A DNA stretch of 44,598 nucleotides from Coprobacillus sp. (GTDB lineage: Bacteria; Bacillota_I; Bacilli_A; RFN20; CAG-826), in contig JAJQAL010000003.1 in the NCBI GenBank assembly GCA_021203815.1, positions 1 to 44,598 on the forward strand, read 5' to 3'. Each line of letters begins with the position of its first letter. Position 1 is the stretch's first letter. Of this stretch, positions 33,798 through 43,155 are shown piece after piece. The position numbers were made by a program, and so were the translations under genes. Below the pieces are notes generated by a model that saw nothing but the letters and a program-made list of their open reading frames with translations, searched no databases and had not been told where the DNA came from.

Positions 33798-34576
33798 AAA
33801 TAACAATTTGTACCTTATTTCCAGAGATGTTTAGTGGGGTTTTAAGTAACTCAATTATTAAGCGTGCCCAGGAAAAAAATCTTGTTCAAATCGAAGTTGT
33901 TAATATTAGAGATTACACTAAAGATGAATACGGAAGAGTAGATACTCCTCCAATCGGTGGGGGTGCTGGTCTTATTATGAAATGCCAGCCTATAGTCGAT
34001 ACCCTAAAAGCAGTAAGAGGTGATAATAGCCATGTTATTCTTTTCTCACCTCGCGGAGAAAAATATACACAGGAAAAGTGTAAAGAACTTTGTTCTTTAA
34101 ATAAAGATATTGTTCTCGTTGCGGGTCACTACGAAGGGGTGGATGAGAGAGTAAATAAATACGTCGATGAGCTTATTAGTGTGGGAGACTATATTCTCAC
34201 CGGAGGAGAAATTCCCGCGATGATTGTTTTAGACTCTGTGGTGAGATTAATCGACGGCGTTATTAGTAGCGAGTCACTAGAATCAGAATCATTTGATAAC
34301 GGACTACTAGAATATCCACAGTACACCGAGCCTTATGACTTTGAAGGGGATAAGGTTCCTGATATTCTATACTGCGGTAATCACCAGGTAATTGATAAAT
34401 ATCATTTAAAAGAGAGTCTAAAAATAACTAAGCAGTACCGCCCTGATTTACTTGAAAATCGAAAATTAAGTAAGCAAGAAAAAGCCCTCATTAGTGAAAT
34501 TGATGAGGGGATTGAACATCCTAAATGGGAACAGGATGCTATTAGTAAAGGTAAAAAATTTATTAAAAATAGTTAA
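33794..34576 (+). CDS. trmD: tRNA (guanine37-N1)-methyltransferase
   Basis: ITICTLFPEMF, DTPPIGGGAGLIM, GHYEGVDERV, LSVGDYILTGGEIPAMI, YPQYTEP. Overlaps rimM by 4 nt. Confidence 0.95.
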   Translation: MKITICTLFPEMFSGVLSNSIIKRAQEKNLVQIEVVNIRDYTKDEYGRVDTPPIGGGAGLIMKCQPIVDTLKAVRGDNSHVILFSPRGEKYTQEKCKELCSLNKDIVLVAGHYEGVDERVNKYVDELISVGDYILTGGEIPAMIVLDSVVRLIDGVISSESLESESFDNGLLEYPQYTEPYDFEGDKVPDILYCGNHQVIDKYHLKESLKITKQYRPDLLENRKLSKQEKALISEIDEGIEHPKWEQDAISKGKKFIKNS

Positions 34577-35916
34577 CGCATTAACCCACCCATATTAGGC
34601 GGCATTTTACCAGATTTGGTATATTTTTCCATTTGCTTCATTTGATCTTTCATCATCTCATACTGCTTGAGAACTCGGTTAATATCCGCAAGGGTGGTTC
34701 CACTACCATTAGCGATTCTCTGCTTACGGGAATATTTAAGAATCTCGGGATGTTCTCTTTCTTCGGGAGTCATCGAGTTAACAATCGCTTCAATCTGAAC
34801 GGTTTCTTTTTCCACTCTCTCCATTTGTGATTTATCAATCTTAGGCATTCCTGGAATCATTCCCATAATAGAAGAAAGTGGCCCCATCCTTTGGACGCTT
34901 TTAAGATTATCCACCATATCATTAAGATCAAATTTACCACTCATAGCTCTATTAGCGGTCTTTTTGAGCTCTTTTTCGCTTATATTATCCTCGGCTTGCT
35001 CCACTAAGGTAAGGACATCTCCCATACCAAGGATTCTTTCCGCCATTCTATCTGGGTGGAATATATCAAGGTCGGTCATCTTTTCGCCGGTTCCAGAAAA
35101 TTTAATAGGAACTCCTGACATATATTTTATGGAAAGAGCCGCTCCACCACGGCTATCACCATCGAGTTTAGTCATGATAATACCGGTTAAATCTAGTTTT
35201 TCATGGAACGCCATAGCGACGTTAACGGCGTCTTGACCCGCCATAGCATCCACCACAAGAAGAATCTCTTCAGGAGAAACCGCTTCTTTCATATTGTTAA
35301 GTTCGTCCATAAGCTGATCATCTATTTGAAGACGGCCCGCTGTATCGATAATGAGAGCGCCATAGTGATCATTAAAAGCCTTTTCTTTTGCTTTCGAGGC
35401 AATTTCAACTGGATCTACATCACTACCAAGAGAGAAGACATCCGCACCAACCTGCTGGCCGACTGTTTGAAGCTGCTCAATAGCAGCGGGACGATAGACG
35501 TCACAAGCCGCAAGAAGGACTCTCTTATTAAGTTTATGTTTAAAATAATATGATAATTTACCGGCGGTTGTGGTTTTACCGGTTCCCTGAAGTCCCACAA
35601 GCATAATAACAATTGGACGAGTAGAAGGAATATTAAGCGTAGCGTCTTCAGGACCGAGAAGCTCAGTTAACTGTTCGTCGACAATCTTAACCACCATTTG
35701 GGAGGGACTAAGAGTTTCAAGAACCTTTTGATGGATTGACTCTTCTCTCACTTTCGCGATGAAATCTTTGACCACTTTGTAGTTTACATCAGCTTGGAGT
35801 AAAGCAATACGGATTTCCTTAAGCATGTCGTCCATATTGGATTCAGTTAAACGAGCTTGTCCACGAAGCTTTTTAAATATTGCATTAAAGCGATCAGTTA
35901 GCTCTTCAAATGCCAT
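34573..35916 (-). CDS. ffh: signal recognition particle protein Ffh
   Basis: [10 protein letters not shown]..., GLQGTGKTTTAGKL, DTAGRL, TKLDGDSRGGAALS, and a Met-rich M domain (GMGDV..., MGMIPGMP). Confidence 0.97.
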   Translation of the reverse strand: MAFEELTDRFNAIFKKLRGQARLTESNMDDMLKEIRIALLQADVNYKVVKDFIAKVREESIHQKVLETLSPSQMVVKIVDEQLTELLGPEDATLNIPSTRPIVIMLVGLQGTGKTTTAGKLSYYFKHKLNKRVLLAACDVYRPAAIEQLQTVGQQVGADVFSLGSDVDPVEIASKAKEKAFNDHYGALIIDTAGRLQIDDQLMDELNNMKEAVSPEEILLVVDAMAGQDAVNVAMAFHEKLDLTGIIMTKLDGDSRGGAALSIKYMSGVPIKFSGTGEKMTDLDIFHPDRMAERILGMGDVLTLVEQAEDNISEKELKKTANRAMSGKFDLNDMVDNLKSVQRMGPLSSIMGMIPGMPKIDKSQMERVEKETVQIEAIVNSMTPEEREHPEILKYSRKQRIANGSGTTLADINRVLKQYEMMKDQMKQMEKYTKSGKMPPNMGGLMR

Positions 35917-36241
35917 GCTTATTCATCCTTTCTATTTCATCAATTAACTGATTATCTTTTAAATCTTCATTATCTTCTTTGAGTTTTGCAGTTATTTCGA
36001 GTGTTTTGACACTGTTTTCATAAATTTTTAAATCTTTTTCAAATTTATCAAGTTTGTCTTTTCCCTTTTGAATAGCGTCGTTAATCGCAGATCTAGAAAC
36101 ATTATATTCAATGGCGAGTTCACTATAGGAGATATCAAGAGAAAAGGCTTCATATAAAATAGTTTTTTGTTTCTTAGAAAGAAGCTCGCCATATATGTCG
36201 AGTAGGTTATTATAGTAATCTCGTTCTTCTATATTATTCAT
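35906..36241 (-). CDS. ylxM: YlxM/UPF0122 putative helix-turn-helix protein of the SRP operon
   Basis: [60 protein letters not shown] is the typical YlxM. I moved the start to the ATG at 36241, which overlaps the ftsY TGA by 1 nt. Confidence 0.8.
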   Translation of the reverse strand: MNNIEERDYYNNLLDIYGELLSKKQKTILYEAFSLDISYSELAIEYNVSRSAINDAIQKGKDKLDKFEKDLKIYENSVKTLEITAKLKEDNEDLKDNQLIDEIERMNKHGI

Positions 36242-37212
36242 CACGCACCTACACAAAGTCCATACAGATATTGGTCGAGATCAAACTCCACTAAATCATC
36301 AATTTTTTCTCCCACTCCGACGAAGCGGACAGGAATTCCAAGTTCATCCCTAATAGCGAGAATAATCCCGCCTTTAGAGGTTCCATCGAGTTTAGTAAGA
36401 ACAATTCCACTAATTTCAGCGACCTCATTAAACTGTTTGGCTTGAATGACGCCATTCTGACCGGTTGTCCCGTCAATAATAAGAAATGTCTCGTGAGGAG
36501 CACCAGGTATTTCTTTTCCTAACACTCTCTTTATCTTACCAAGTTCATCCATTAAGTTAGTTTTTGTTTGGAGTCTACCGGCAGTATCGACAATTAATAA
36601 ATCAATATTATCCTCTTTCGCTTTTTTCGCTCCTTCATAGGCAACAGAGGCGGGATCAGCATTACTATCCCCATTTACAATGGGAATCTCAAGACGATTT
36701 GCCCAAATAGTAAGCTGCTCAACTGCGGCTGCTCGGAAGGTATCAGCAGCGCAGAGCATAACAGATTTACCCATATTCTTATAGCGGTAAGCAAGTTTAG
36801 CGATGCTTGTGGTCTTCCCGACGCCGTTCGCGCCTACAACAAGAAGGACTGTAGGGCCACTACTACTAAACCTTATATCGCTTGGTATATCTCCTTTAGA
36901 GGTATACTCGTAAAACATCTTTTCGATAAGAATCTCGTTTATATCATCTGGATTGTCTACTTTTCTCTTTTTAGCTTCGTTCATCACTTCTTCAATAATC
37001 TTAATAGTGAGAGAAACACCAACATCTGATTCAATTAGAATTTCTTCTAGTTCATCAAAATACTCCTGATTTACTTTTTTATAAGAACGAGAAAGAGAAG
37101 ATAATTTAGATGAGAAATTCTTTCGGGATTTATCCATCCCTTTAACATATTTCTCATCAACTTCCTTATCTTTTTTATTAAATTTATCTTTGATAAAAGA
37201 TATTAATCCCAT
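36241..37212 (-). CDS. ftsY: signal recognition particle receptor FtsY
   Basis: [33 protein letters not shown]. 323 aa with a short A-domain. Confidence 0.95.
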   Translation of the reverse strand: MGLISFIKDKFNKKDKEVDEKYVKGMDKSRKNFSSKLSSLSRSYKKVNQEYFDELEEILIESDVGVSLTIKIIEEVMNEAKKRKVDNPDDINEILIEKMFYEYTSKGDIPSDIRFSSSGPTVLLVVGANGVGKTTSIAKLAYRYKNMGKSVMLCAADTFRAAAVEQLTIWANRLEIPIVNGDSNADPASVAYEGAKKAKEDNIDLLIVDTAGRLQTKTNLMDELGKIKRVLGKEIPGAPHETFLIIDGTTGQNGVIQAKQFNEVAEISGIVLTKLDGTSKGGIILAIRDELGIPVRFVGVGEKIDDLVEFDLDQYLYGLCVGA

Positions 37213-37901
37213 TAGTTACTCCTCTTTTTAAGAGCGTTTTTAGCGGCGTCTTCTTCCGCATCTTTCTTTTTCTTTCCTTTACCCACTGCGAGGGTCATAT
37301 CTCCAAAATGGACCGAAACATAAAAAGTCCTGTCGTGAGCGGGTCCTTCCGTTTTATCGACGACATAGGTAACAGAATCGCGATATTCATTTTGCATTTC
37401 TTCTTGAAGTCTTGTTTTATAGTCGATGACAACATCTTCATCAGTGGATAAGATGACATCTAGTAAATGCTCTTTAATTAACTCATAAACATAATCAAGT
37501 CCTTGATCGAGATAAAGGGCCCCCATAAGGGATTCACAGACATCCTCTAAGACATTATCTTTACTAAAAAGTTGGTCTCGGTCTAAAGAATTCCCCACTT
37601 TAATATACTTTTCTAATTCAAGGGAACGGGCAAAAGTCGCTAGAGAATGAGACTTAACAACATAGGATTTTAATTTTGACATGTCGCCAGGTTCCATATC
37701 GCCCTTATTTTTATAGATGAGGTCACTCACCACAAAGCCAATAACGGAGTCTCCCATAAACTCAAGTCTTTCATAATCGTGATGTTTAGTATTAGCGTCG
37801 CTATTATAAGAGGAGTGAGTGAGAGCAAGTTCAAATAGCTCTTCATTATGAGGAGTTATTTTAAGCTTTTTATATAAACCCGATAGAGGCTCAACTTCCA
37901 T
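37212..37901 (-). CDS. rnc: ribonuclease III
   Basis: ALTHSSY...YERLEFMGDSV (RNase III signature) plus a C-terminal dsRBD (GPAHDRTFYVSV...GKGKKKKDAEEDAAKNAL). Confidence 0.93.
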   Translation of the reverse strand: MEVEPLSGLYKKLKITPHNEELFELALTHSSYNSDANTKHHDYERLEFMGDSVIGFVVSDLIYKNKGDMEPGDMSKLKSYVVKSHSLATFARSLELEKYIKVGNSLDRDQLFSKDNVLEDVCESLMGALYLDQGLDYVYELIKEHLLDVILSTDEDVVIDYKTRLQEEMQNEYRDSVTYVVDKTEGPAHDRTFYVSVHFGDMTLAVGKGKKKKDAEEDAAKNALKKRSN

Positions 37902-38875
37902 TACTCGCTTAATCCTTCTTTAATCTTACTTACGATATCCGCTTCACATAGACTCTTAGCGACATCAAGAGCGGACACAAACGCTCTCGCGTCACTATTA
38001 CCATGCGCTTTAACCACGACTTTATTCGCACCGAGTAACATCGCTCCTCCAGTGTTTTTATAGTCCATTGTTTCTCTTAAATCTTTTATGCCTTTTCGAA
38101 CATGCAAATAGCCGATTTTAGTAATCGCATTCTTTTTAAACATCTTTTTAAGTTCATCATTAAAAAACTTCGCCACGCCCTCGGTGCTTTTTAGTAAAAC
38201 GTTACCGGAGAATCCGTCACATACAATGACATCCGCTTCTCCATAAAGGGAGTCTCTTGCTTCAATATTTCCTTTAAAACCTGGGAAATTATTAGTTTTA
38301 TAGAGCTGATATGCATCTTTAACCGCGGGCGAACCTTTTCCTTCTTCAGTCCCGTTATTAAGGAGATAAAGTGCAGGCTCTTTAACTCCATAAACCGCTT
38401 GAGAATACGCTCTTCCCATAAAGCCAAATTGATAGAGTTCTTCCGCGCTATTTTCATTATTAGCGCCAACATCTAAAATAACGACTTTCTTCCCTTTAAT
38501 CGCTGTTGGGAATGGAGCGACAAGGGCCGCTCTTTTTACACTAGGAATTAATTTAACTTTAACAGTCGCAGCGCTTAAAAAGCCGCCTGTAGACCCGCAG
38601 CTAACAATCGCATCAGCATCTTCACTAATAAGCTTATCAAGAGCCACCATCATCGAGGAATCTTTCATCCTTAAAACTTCTAAAGCGTGGGCATCCATCG
38701 GAACAACGCTTTTAGACTCAACGACAGTGCAGACGCCTGTTAAGCAAGAAAGTTCCTCTTTATTTCCCACCGCAATTATATCAATATCGGGGTTATTCTT
38801 TTTAAACTCGATAATAGCGGCGCAGACTACGCTGCTTCCATTATCACCGCCCATTGTATCAACCACTATTTTCAT
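37901..38875 (-). CDS. plsX: phosphate:acyl-ACP acyltransferase PlsX
   Basis: MKIVVDTMGGDNG, VSCGSTGG, LDVGAN, CDGFSGNVLLK, GAMLLG...VKAHG. Confidence 0.93.
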   Translation of the reverse strand: MKIVVDTMGGDNGSSVVCAAIIEFKKNNPDIDIIAVGNKEELSCLTGVCTVVESKSVVPMDAHALEVLRMKDSSMMVALDKLISEDADAIVSCGSTGGFLSAATVKVKLIPSVKRAALVAPFPTAIKGKKVVILDVGANNENSAEELYQFGFMGRAYSQAVYGVKEPALYLLNNGTEEGKGSPAVKDAYQLYKTNNFPGFKGNIEARDSLYGEADVIVCDGFSGNVLLKSTEGVAKFFNDELKKMFKKNAITKIGYLHVRKGIKDLRETMDYKNTGGAMLLGANKVVVKAHGNSDARAFVSALDVAKSLCEADIVSKIKEGLSE

Positions 38876-38946
38876 AAATATATCCTCTCGCTTATTGTCT
38901 CATTTTATCATATAAAATTAAAACACTATGAGTTTTAATTTCTAAG

Positions 38947-40947
38947 TTATCCTTTAAAGACATCTCCGTCATAATTAATTTCTTTTTCCATGTGATCAAT
39001 AAAGGCTTTAAATCCTTTATCATCATTCTGATTTTTTAGGATCACATCGGCATCTCTATTTGCACTTTGGAATATCTTTACATCGTTAATAACATTAAGG
39101 TATTTAAAATCTGGGATACCGCTTTGATTGAGTCCACTGAGCTCTCCAGGTCCTCTCGATTTCAAATCGTATTCCGCAAGGGTAAACCCATCATCAACTT
39201 CTGTTAGAATCTTAAGTCTATCTATTTCTTCTTGGCTATAGGAAAGGTCAGTAACGAGGTAGCAGGTTGACTCCTGTCCATTTCGGCCCACTCTCCCTCT
39301 TAATTGATGAAGAGAAGATAGCCCAAATCTTCGTCCACCGTAGATTACAATCATAGAGGCATCGCCGACATCAATACCAACTTCCACTACCTGAGTGGAA
39401 ACTAATATCGGTTTATCTCCCGATTTAAATTTATTAACATTTTCCTCTTTTTCTTCCGAGCCCATTCTTCCGTTTAACTGGCACACTTTATTAGGAAATA
39501 ATTCATTATACCTTGCAAAAAGGGAATAATTTGTTTCTTTTTCTTGTTCACTATCAATCACTGGGGCAATGATATAAACCTTGCCGCTATTAGAAAGCGT
39601 TTCACTTATTTTATCCTTTAAAGCGGCGTCATTTTTAATGATTTTCGTCTTAACATCTCTTTTTTTATTTGGGAAAGAATATAGGGTGGAAACAGAAAGA
39701 TCAGAAAGCATAGTTTGACTTAATGTTCGTGGAATAGGAGTGGCACTCATCATGAGTAAATCGACCTCTTTTCCTTTATCAATGAGACTGCTTCTTTGAT
39801 TTACTCCAAAGCGGTGCTGCTCATCAACCACTACTAAACCTAAATGAGAATAGACAGTGCTTTTAGAGAAAACCGCGTGGGTTCCCACTAAAATATCGAT
39901 AATTCCATCCTTTAAATCCTCTAAAATAAGTCTCTTTTCTTCTAAACTAGTAGAACCTGTAAGAAGCTTAATATTAACTTTAGTGTCTTTAAAGATTTCT
40001 TTCATGTTTTCATAGTGCTGTTTCGCTAGTGTTTCTGTAGGAGCGAGAAAGACGCCTTGTTCCCCTCTAAGGAAATTCGCGTATAAGCAGATAAAAGCCA
40101 CAATGGTCTTTCCACTTCCGACATCTCCTTGAAGAAGTCGATACATAAGCGAAGAACCATTCATATCATTAATTATTTCATTAACCGCTTGAGTTTGATC
40201 TAAAGTAAGGGAGTATGGCAGAGTATTTATAAATTTATCTACTTCACTCATCTCGATAAAATTAACACTTAATTTACTTAACGCGTTATTTTCCTGGCGA
40301 ATTAATTTGTTTTTCATCGCAAAACAAAGTGCTTCTTCATATTTTAAATATAATAGCCCGTTTCGAATGTCTTCTTTATTTTTTGGATAGTGAACATTAT
40401 TAAGTGCGATATCTTTTGTGGGAAGATTATATTTATGAATGAGGCTATAGGGAACCTGAGAATATATTTTTCCATCGAGCTGTTTAAAGGCTTTAGCGAC
40501 TAGTCTAGTGTATTCAAACTGTTTCATATCTCCACATAAAGAGTAGATAGGAACAATCTCATCTTCACTAGGAGCGCTCTTATTCACTTTATTTAAAATG
40601 AAATAATCGTTTTTCGAGCTATACTGCCCGGTAAAGGTATAGGTGATATTAGTGTCGAGTGTTTTCTCTAGATAACCCTGGTTATACGCTAAAAAGCGAT
40701 ACTCCCTCCCTTTCTCACTAATAACGGTAAAGGTGGTCATTTTCGTTTTATAGGATGGAAGCGGAGCGGGTTTATCCTCTAAGTGCCCAGTTACCACGAT
40801 CTTCTCTTTATCTTCATACTGTTTAGAGTCATCACTTACCGAGACAATTTCATATTTTTTAGGAATATGAAAAAGGACATCATAGTAAGAATGAATATCC
40901 ATTTCATAAAGAAGTCTATTTAATCTTTTCGAAGTTGTAAGTTTCAT
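38947..40947 (-). CDS. recG: ATP-dependent DNA helicase RecG
   Basis: Wedge/OB N-domain plus SF2 helicase motifs LLQGDVGSGKT (I), VVDEQHRFG (II), MSATPIPRT (III), and QLRGRVGRN (VI). Confidence 0.93.
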   Translation of the reverse strand: MKLTTSKRLNRLLYEMDIHSYYDVLFHIPKKYEIVSVSDDSKQYEDKEKIVVTGHLEDKPAPLPSYKTKMTTFTVISEKGREYRFLAYNQGYLEKTLDTNITYTFTGQYSSKNDYFILNKVNKSAPSEDEIVPIYSLCGDMKQFEYTRLVAKAFKQLDGKIYSQVPYSLIHKYNLPTKDIALNNVHYPKNKEDIRNGLLYLKYEEALCFAMKNKLIRQENNALSKLSVNFIEMSEVDKFINTLPYSLTLDQTQAVNEIINDMNGSSLMYRLLQGDVGSGKTIVAFICLYANFLRGEQGVFLAPTETLAKQHYENMKEIFKDTKVNIKLLTGSTSLEEKRLILEDLKDGIIDILVGTHAVFSKSTVYSHLGLVVVDEQHRFGVNQRSSLIDKGKEVDLLMMSATPIPRTLSQTMLSDLSVSTLYSFPNKKRDVKTKIIKNDAALKDKISETLSNSGKVYIIAPVIDSEQEKETNYSLFARYNELFPNKVCQLNGRMGSEEKEENVNKFKSGDKPILVSTQVVEVGIDVGDASMIVIYGGRRFGLSSLHQLRGRVGRNGQESTCYLVTDLSYSQEEIDRLKILTEVDDGFTLAEYDLKSRGPGELSGLNQSGIPDFKYLNVINDVKIFQSANRDADVILKNQNDDKGFKAFIDHMEKEINYDGDVFKG

Positions 40948-40979
40948 ACCTAATTAATAGCTATGAAATAAGATAAATC

Positions 40980-42668
40980 TTATTCAACGCCAATAAGGAA
41001 GGAGTAGACGGGTTGTCCGCCGTCCACAACATCAAATTCAACGTCAGGATAAAGGGCTTTAAACTCCCCTTTAATAGCGGCGTTAAGTTCATTAAGCTCG
41101 CTCTCATTTGCATCTTGTCCCTTGTAGAGAGTTACAATTCCGCTATCCTCACCGATAAGCTCTTTACATAAGGCTTTAATCGCCTCTAATTTAGAAAGGC
41201 CTGAATAAACACATTTCTTATTAGTCATGGCAATAATATCGTCTTTTTTGATTGAAATGCCGTCCATTTCGCTGTCCCTAATTGAATATGTAACTTCTCC
41301 GCTTCTTACGTTATTAAGGGCGTCTCTCATATTAACGACGTTATCATTAGGCTCTAAAGACTCATCAAAAGCAAAAGCCGAGCTTATTCCCTGAGGAATC
41401 GTTCTAGTGGGGACAACATAAACCGCTATACGGCTATCAGAAACATCTGCCGCTTGCTGAGCGGCCATAAAGATATTGGAGTTATTTGGAAGAATAAAGA
41501 CCGTACTTGCTCCAGTTTGATTTATGACTTTGACAAAGTCATCCGTGGAGGGGTTCATCGTCTGACCACCGCTCACGATATATTCAACTCCGCATTCTTT
41601 AAAATATTCATCGAGTCCTTCTCCACTACTAACCGCAATTAAAGCGTATTTTTTGGTAATAGGAGTGACATCGACTTTACTATCACTGTCTCTTACTTCT
41701 TCAATTTCTTCCCCATAGTCCTCGTGGATTGTGTGATGCTGCTCGGTCATATTATCCACTTTAATTTTCATAAACTCACCATACTGCTGAGCGTTATTTA
41801 AAACAGTTCCCGGATTAAGAGTGTGAATATGAACCTTTACTAGATCATCATTTTCGACATAGACAATTGAGTTGCCATGGGCTTCAAGGAAGTTTTTAAA
41901 TCTATTAGTGCTAAATTCTTTCTTACTTTCTTTCGGGCCAAGTTTAAGAATAAACTCCGTGCAATATCCAAATTCTTCTTCTTCAATCTTAATCTGGGCT
42001 TTTTGGGTGTGGGCCATGAGATTATTAATCGTGGCCTCATCATCTCTTTCGATTACTTTATCCGATAAAGCGCTTCTCATCCCTTCAAAAATACGAACTA
42101 GACCCGCAGAACCTGAGTCCACTACTCCAACCTGTTTAAGAATTGGAAGGAGATCAGGCGTCCTATCAAGAGAGGCTTTAGCCTCTTCTATCATGATGTC
42201 CATCGCTTTTTTAAAGGACATATTTTCATTAAATTCATCCGCTAATTTTTGAGTGGATTCTCTCACCACTGTTAATATAGTGCCTTCTACTGGGTTATTT
42301 ACCACGTGATAGGCATTAGCGACACCGGTCTGCATGGCCTCTAGGAAATCACCTACAGTGAGCTGATCTTTATCGCCCACTCCACGGGCAAAACCAATAA
42401 AAATCTGAGAGGTAATAACACCGCTATTGCCTTTTGCTCCATTAAATAGGCCCACTGAGAATGCTTTCATAATGGAGGAAGCGCTAGTGTCAATTCTATT
42501 TTGAATCTCTTTAACTCCGCTTGAGAGAGTTAGATTCATATTCATTCCGGTATCGCCGTCCGGCACAGGGAAAACGTTAAGAGCGTCAACCTCAGGGTAA
42601 TGGTTATAGAGGTTATTTGCGCCGGATATAAACATGAGCTTAAGATCTTGACCGTTTATCGTTTTCAC
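40980..42668 (-). CDS. DAK2-domain fusion protein YloV (fatty-acid kinase FakA-like)
   Basis: N-terminal Dak2 domain (LNVFPVPDGDTGMNM, GNSGVI), a central segment, and the C-terminal DegV-like/FakA_C part. Conserved position between asp23 and recG, as in Bacillus and Staphylococcus. Confidence 0.85.
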   Translation of the reverse strand: MKTINGQDLKLMFISGANNLYNHYPEVDALNVFPVPDGDTGMNMNLTLSSGVKEIQNRIDTSASSIMKAFSVGLFNGAKGNSGVITSQIFIGFARGVGDKDQLTVGDFLEAMQTGVANAYHVVNNPVEGTILTVVRESTQKLADEFNENMSFKKAMDIMIEEAKASLDRTPDLLPILKQVGVVDSGSAGLVRIFEGMRSALSDKVIERDDEATINNLMAHTQKAQIKIEEEEFGYCTEFILKLGPKESKKEFSTNRFKNFLEAHGNSIVYVENDDLVKVHIHTLNPGTVLNNAQQYGEFMKIKVDNMTEQHHTIHEDYGEEIEEVRDSDSKVDVTPITKKYALIAVSSGEGLDEYFKECGVEYIVSGGQTMNPSTDDFVKVINQTGASTVFILPNNSNIFMAAQQAADVSDSRIAVYVVPTRTIPQGISSAFAFDESLEPNDNVVNMRDALNNVRSGEVTYSIRDSEMDGISIKKDDIIAMTNKKCVYSGLSKLEAIKALCKELIGEDSGIVTLYKGQDANESELNELNAAIKGEFKALYPDVEFDVVDGGQPVYSFLIGVE

Positions 42669-42670
42669 TT

Positions 42671-43021
42671 TTAGTTACCACCTGAAATATGAACCGCGTA
42701 GATATTAACTTTTTTGCATTTCTTACTAAATGCTCTACTTAGGTTATAGATAACAACCTTTTGCGCGCTCATTAAAACTTCGCTTATCTTCACGAAAGGA
42801 GCGATTTCAACATAGATTGTTACAGAGAAATAGTCTTTAATATCCTTATCCACGGAGATTGCTTTAAGAGCGGCCTCATCATATACCGCTTTGCCGCTAG
42901 AGGTACATATAGAGGAAATCCCATAGCACGATAAAATCGCATCCCTAGCAGTGCTTTGGACATCTTTTATCGTATATGTTATCTTTTTATTTTCAGTATT
43001 TGCTTTCTTCTCACTTGCCAT
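42671..43021 (-). CDS. Asp23/Gls24 family envelope-stress protein (YloU-like)
   Basis: 116 aa. ARDAILSCYGI..., V.IYVEI..., KVNIYAVHI pattern. Conserved partner immediately upstream of yloV. Confidence 0.85.
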   Translation of the reverse strand: MASEKKANTENKKITYTIKDVQSTARDAILSCYGISSICTSSGKAVYDEAALKAISVDKDIKDYFSVTIYVEIAPFVKISEVLMSAQKVVIYNLSRAFSKKCKKVNIYAVHISGGN

Positions 43022-43065
43022 AGCGGTTACCCGGTAAAAAATATAATATCAAAAAATAGTGAATA

Positions 43066-43087
43066 AGTGAATATATTTATATTCACT
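43066..43087. promoter_or_regulatory. perfect 22-bp palindrome upstream of the asp23-yloV operon (operator candidate / weak terminator)
   Basis: AGTGAATATA-TT-TATATTCACT, with an extra AGTGAATA half-site copy immediately 5' on the plus strand. On the minus strand it overlaps a TTCACT-17 nt-TATTAT promoter-like element. Confidence 0.3.
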
Positions 43088-43155
43088 ATATATTTGAGTT
43101 ATATAAAAAGAATAGGCTTTAGGCGTATTCAATTTATTAAACAAATTAATGTAGA

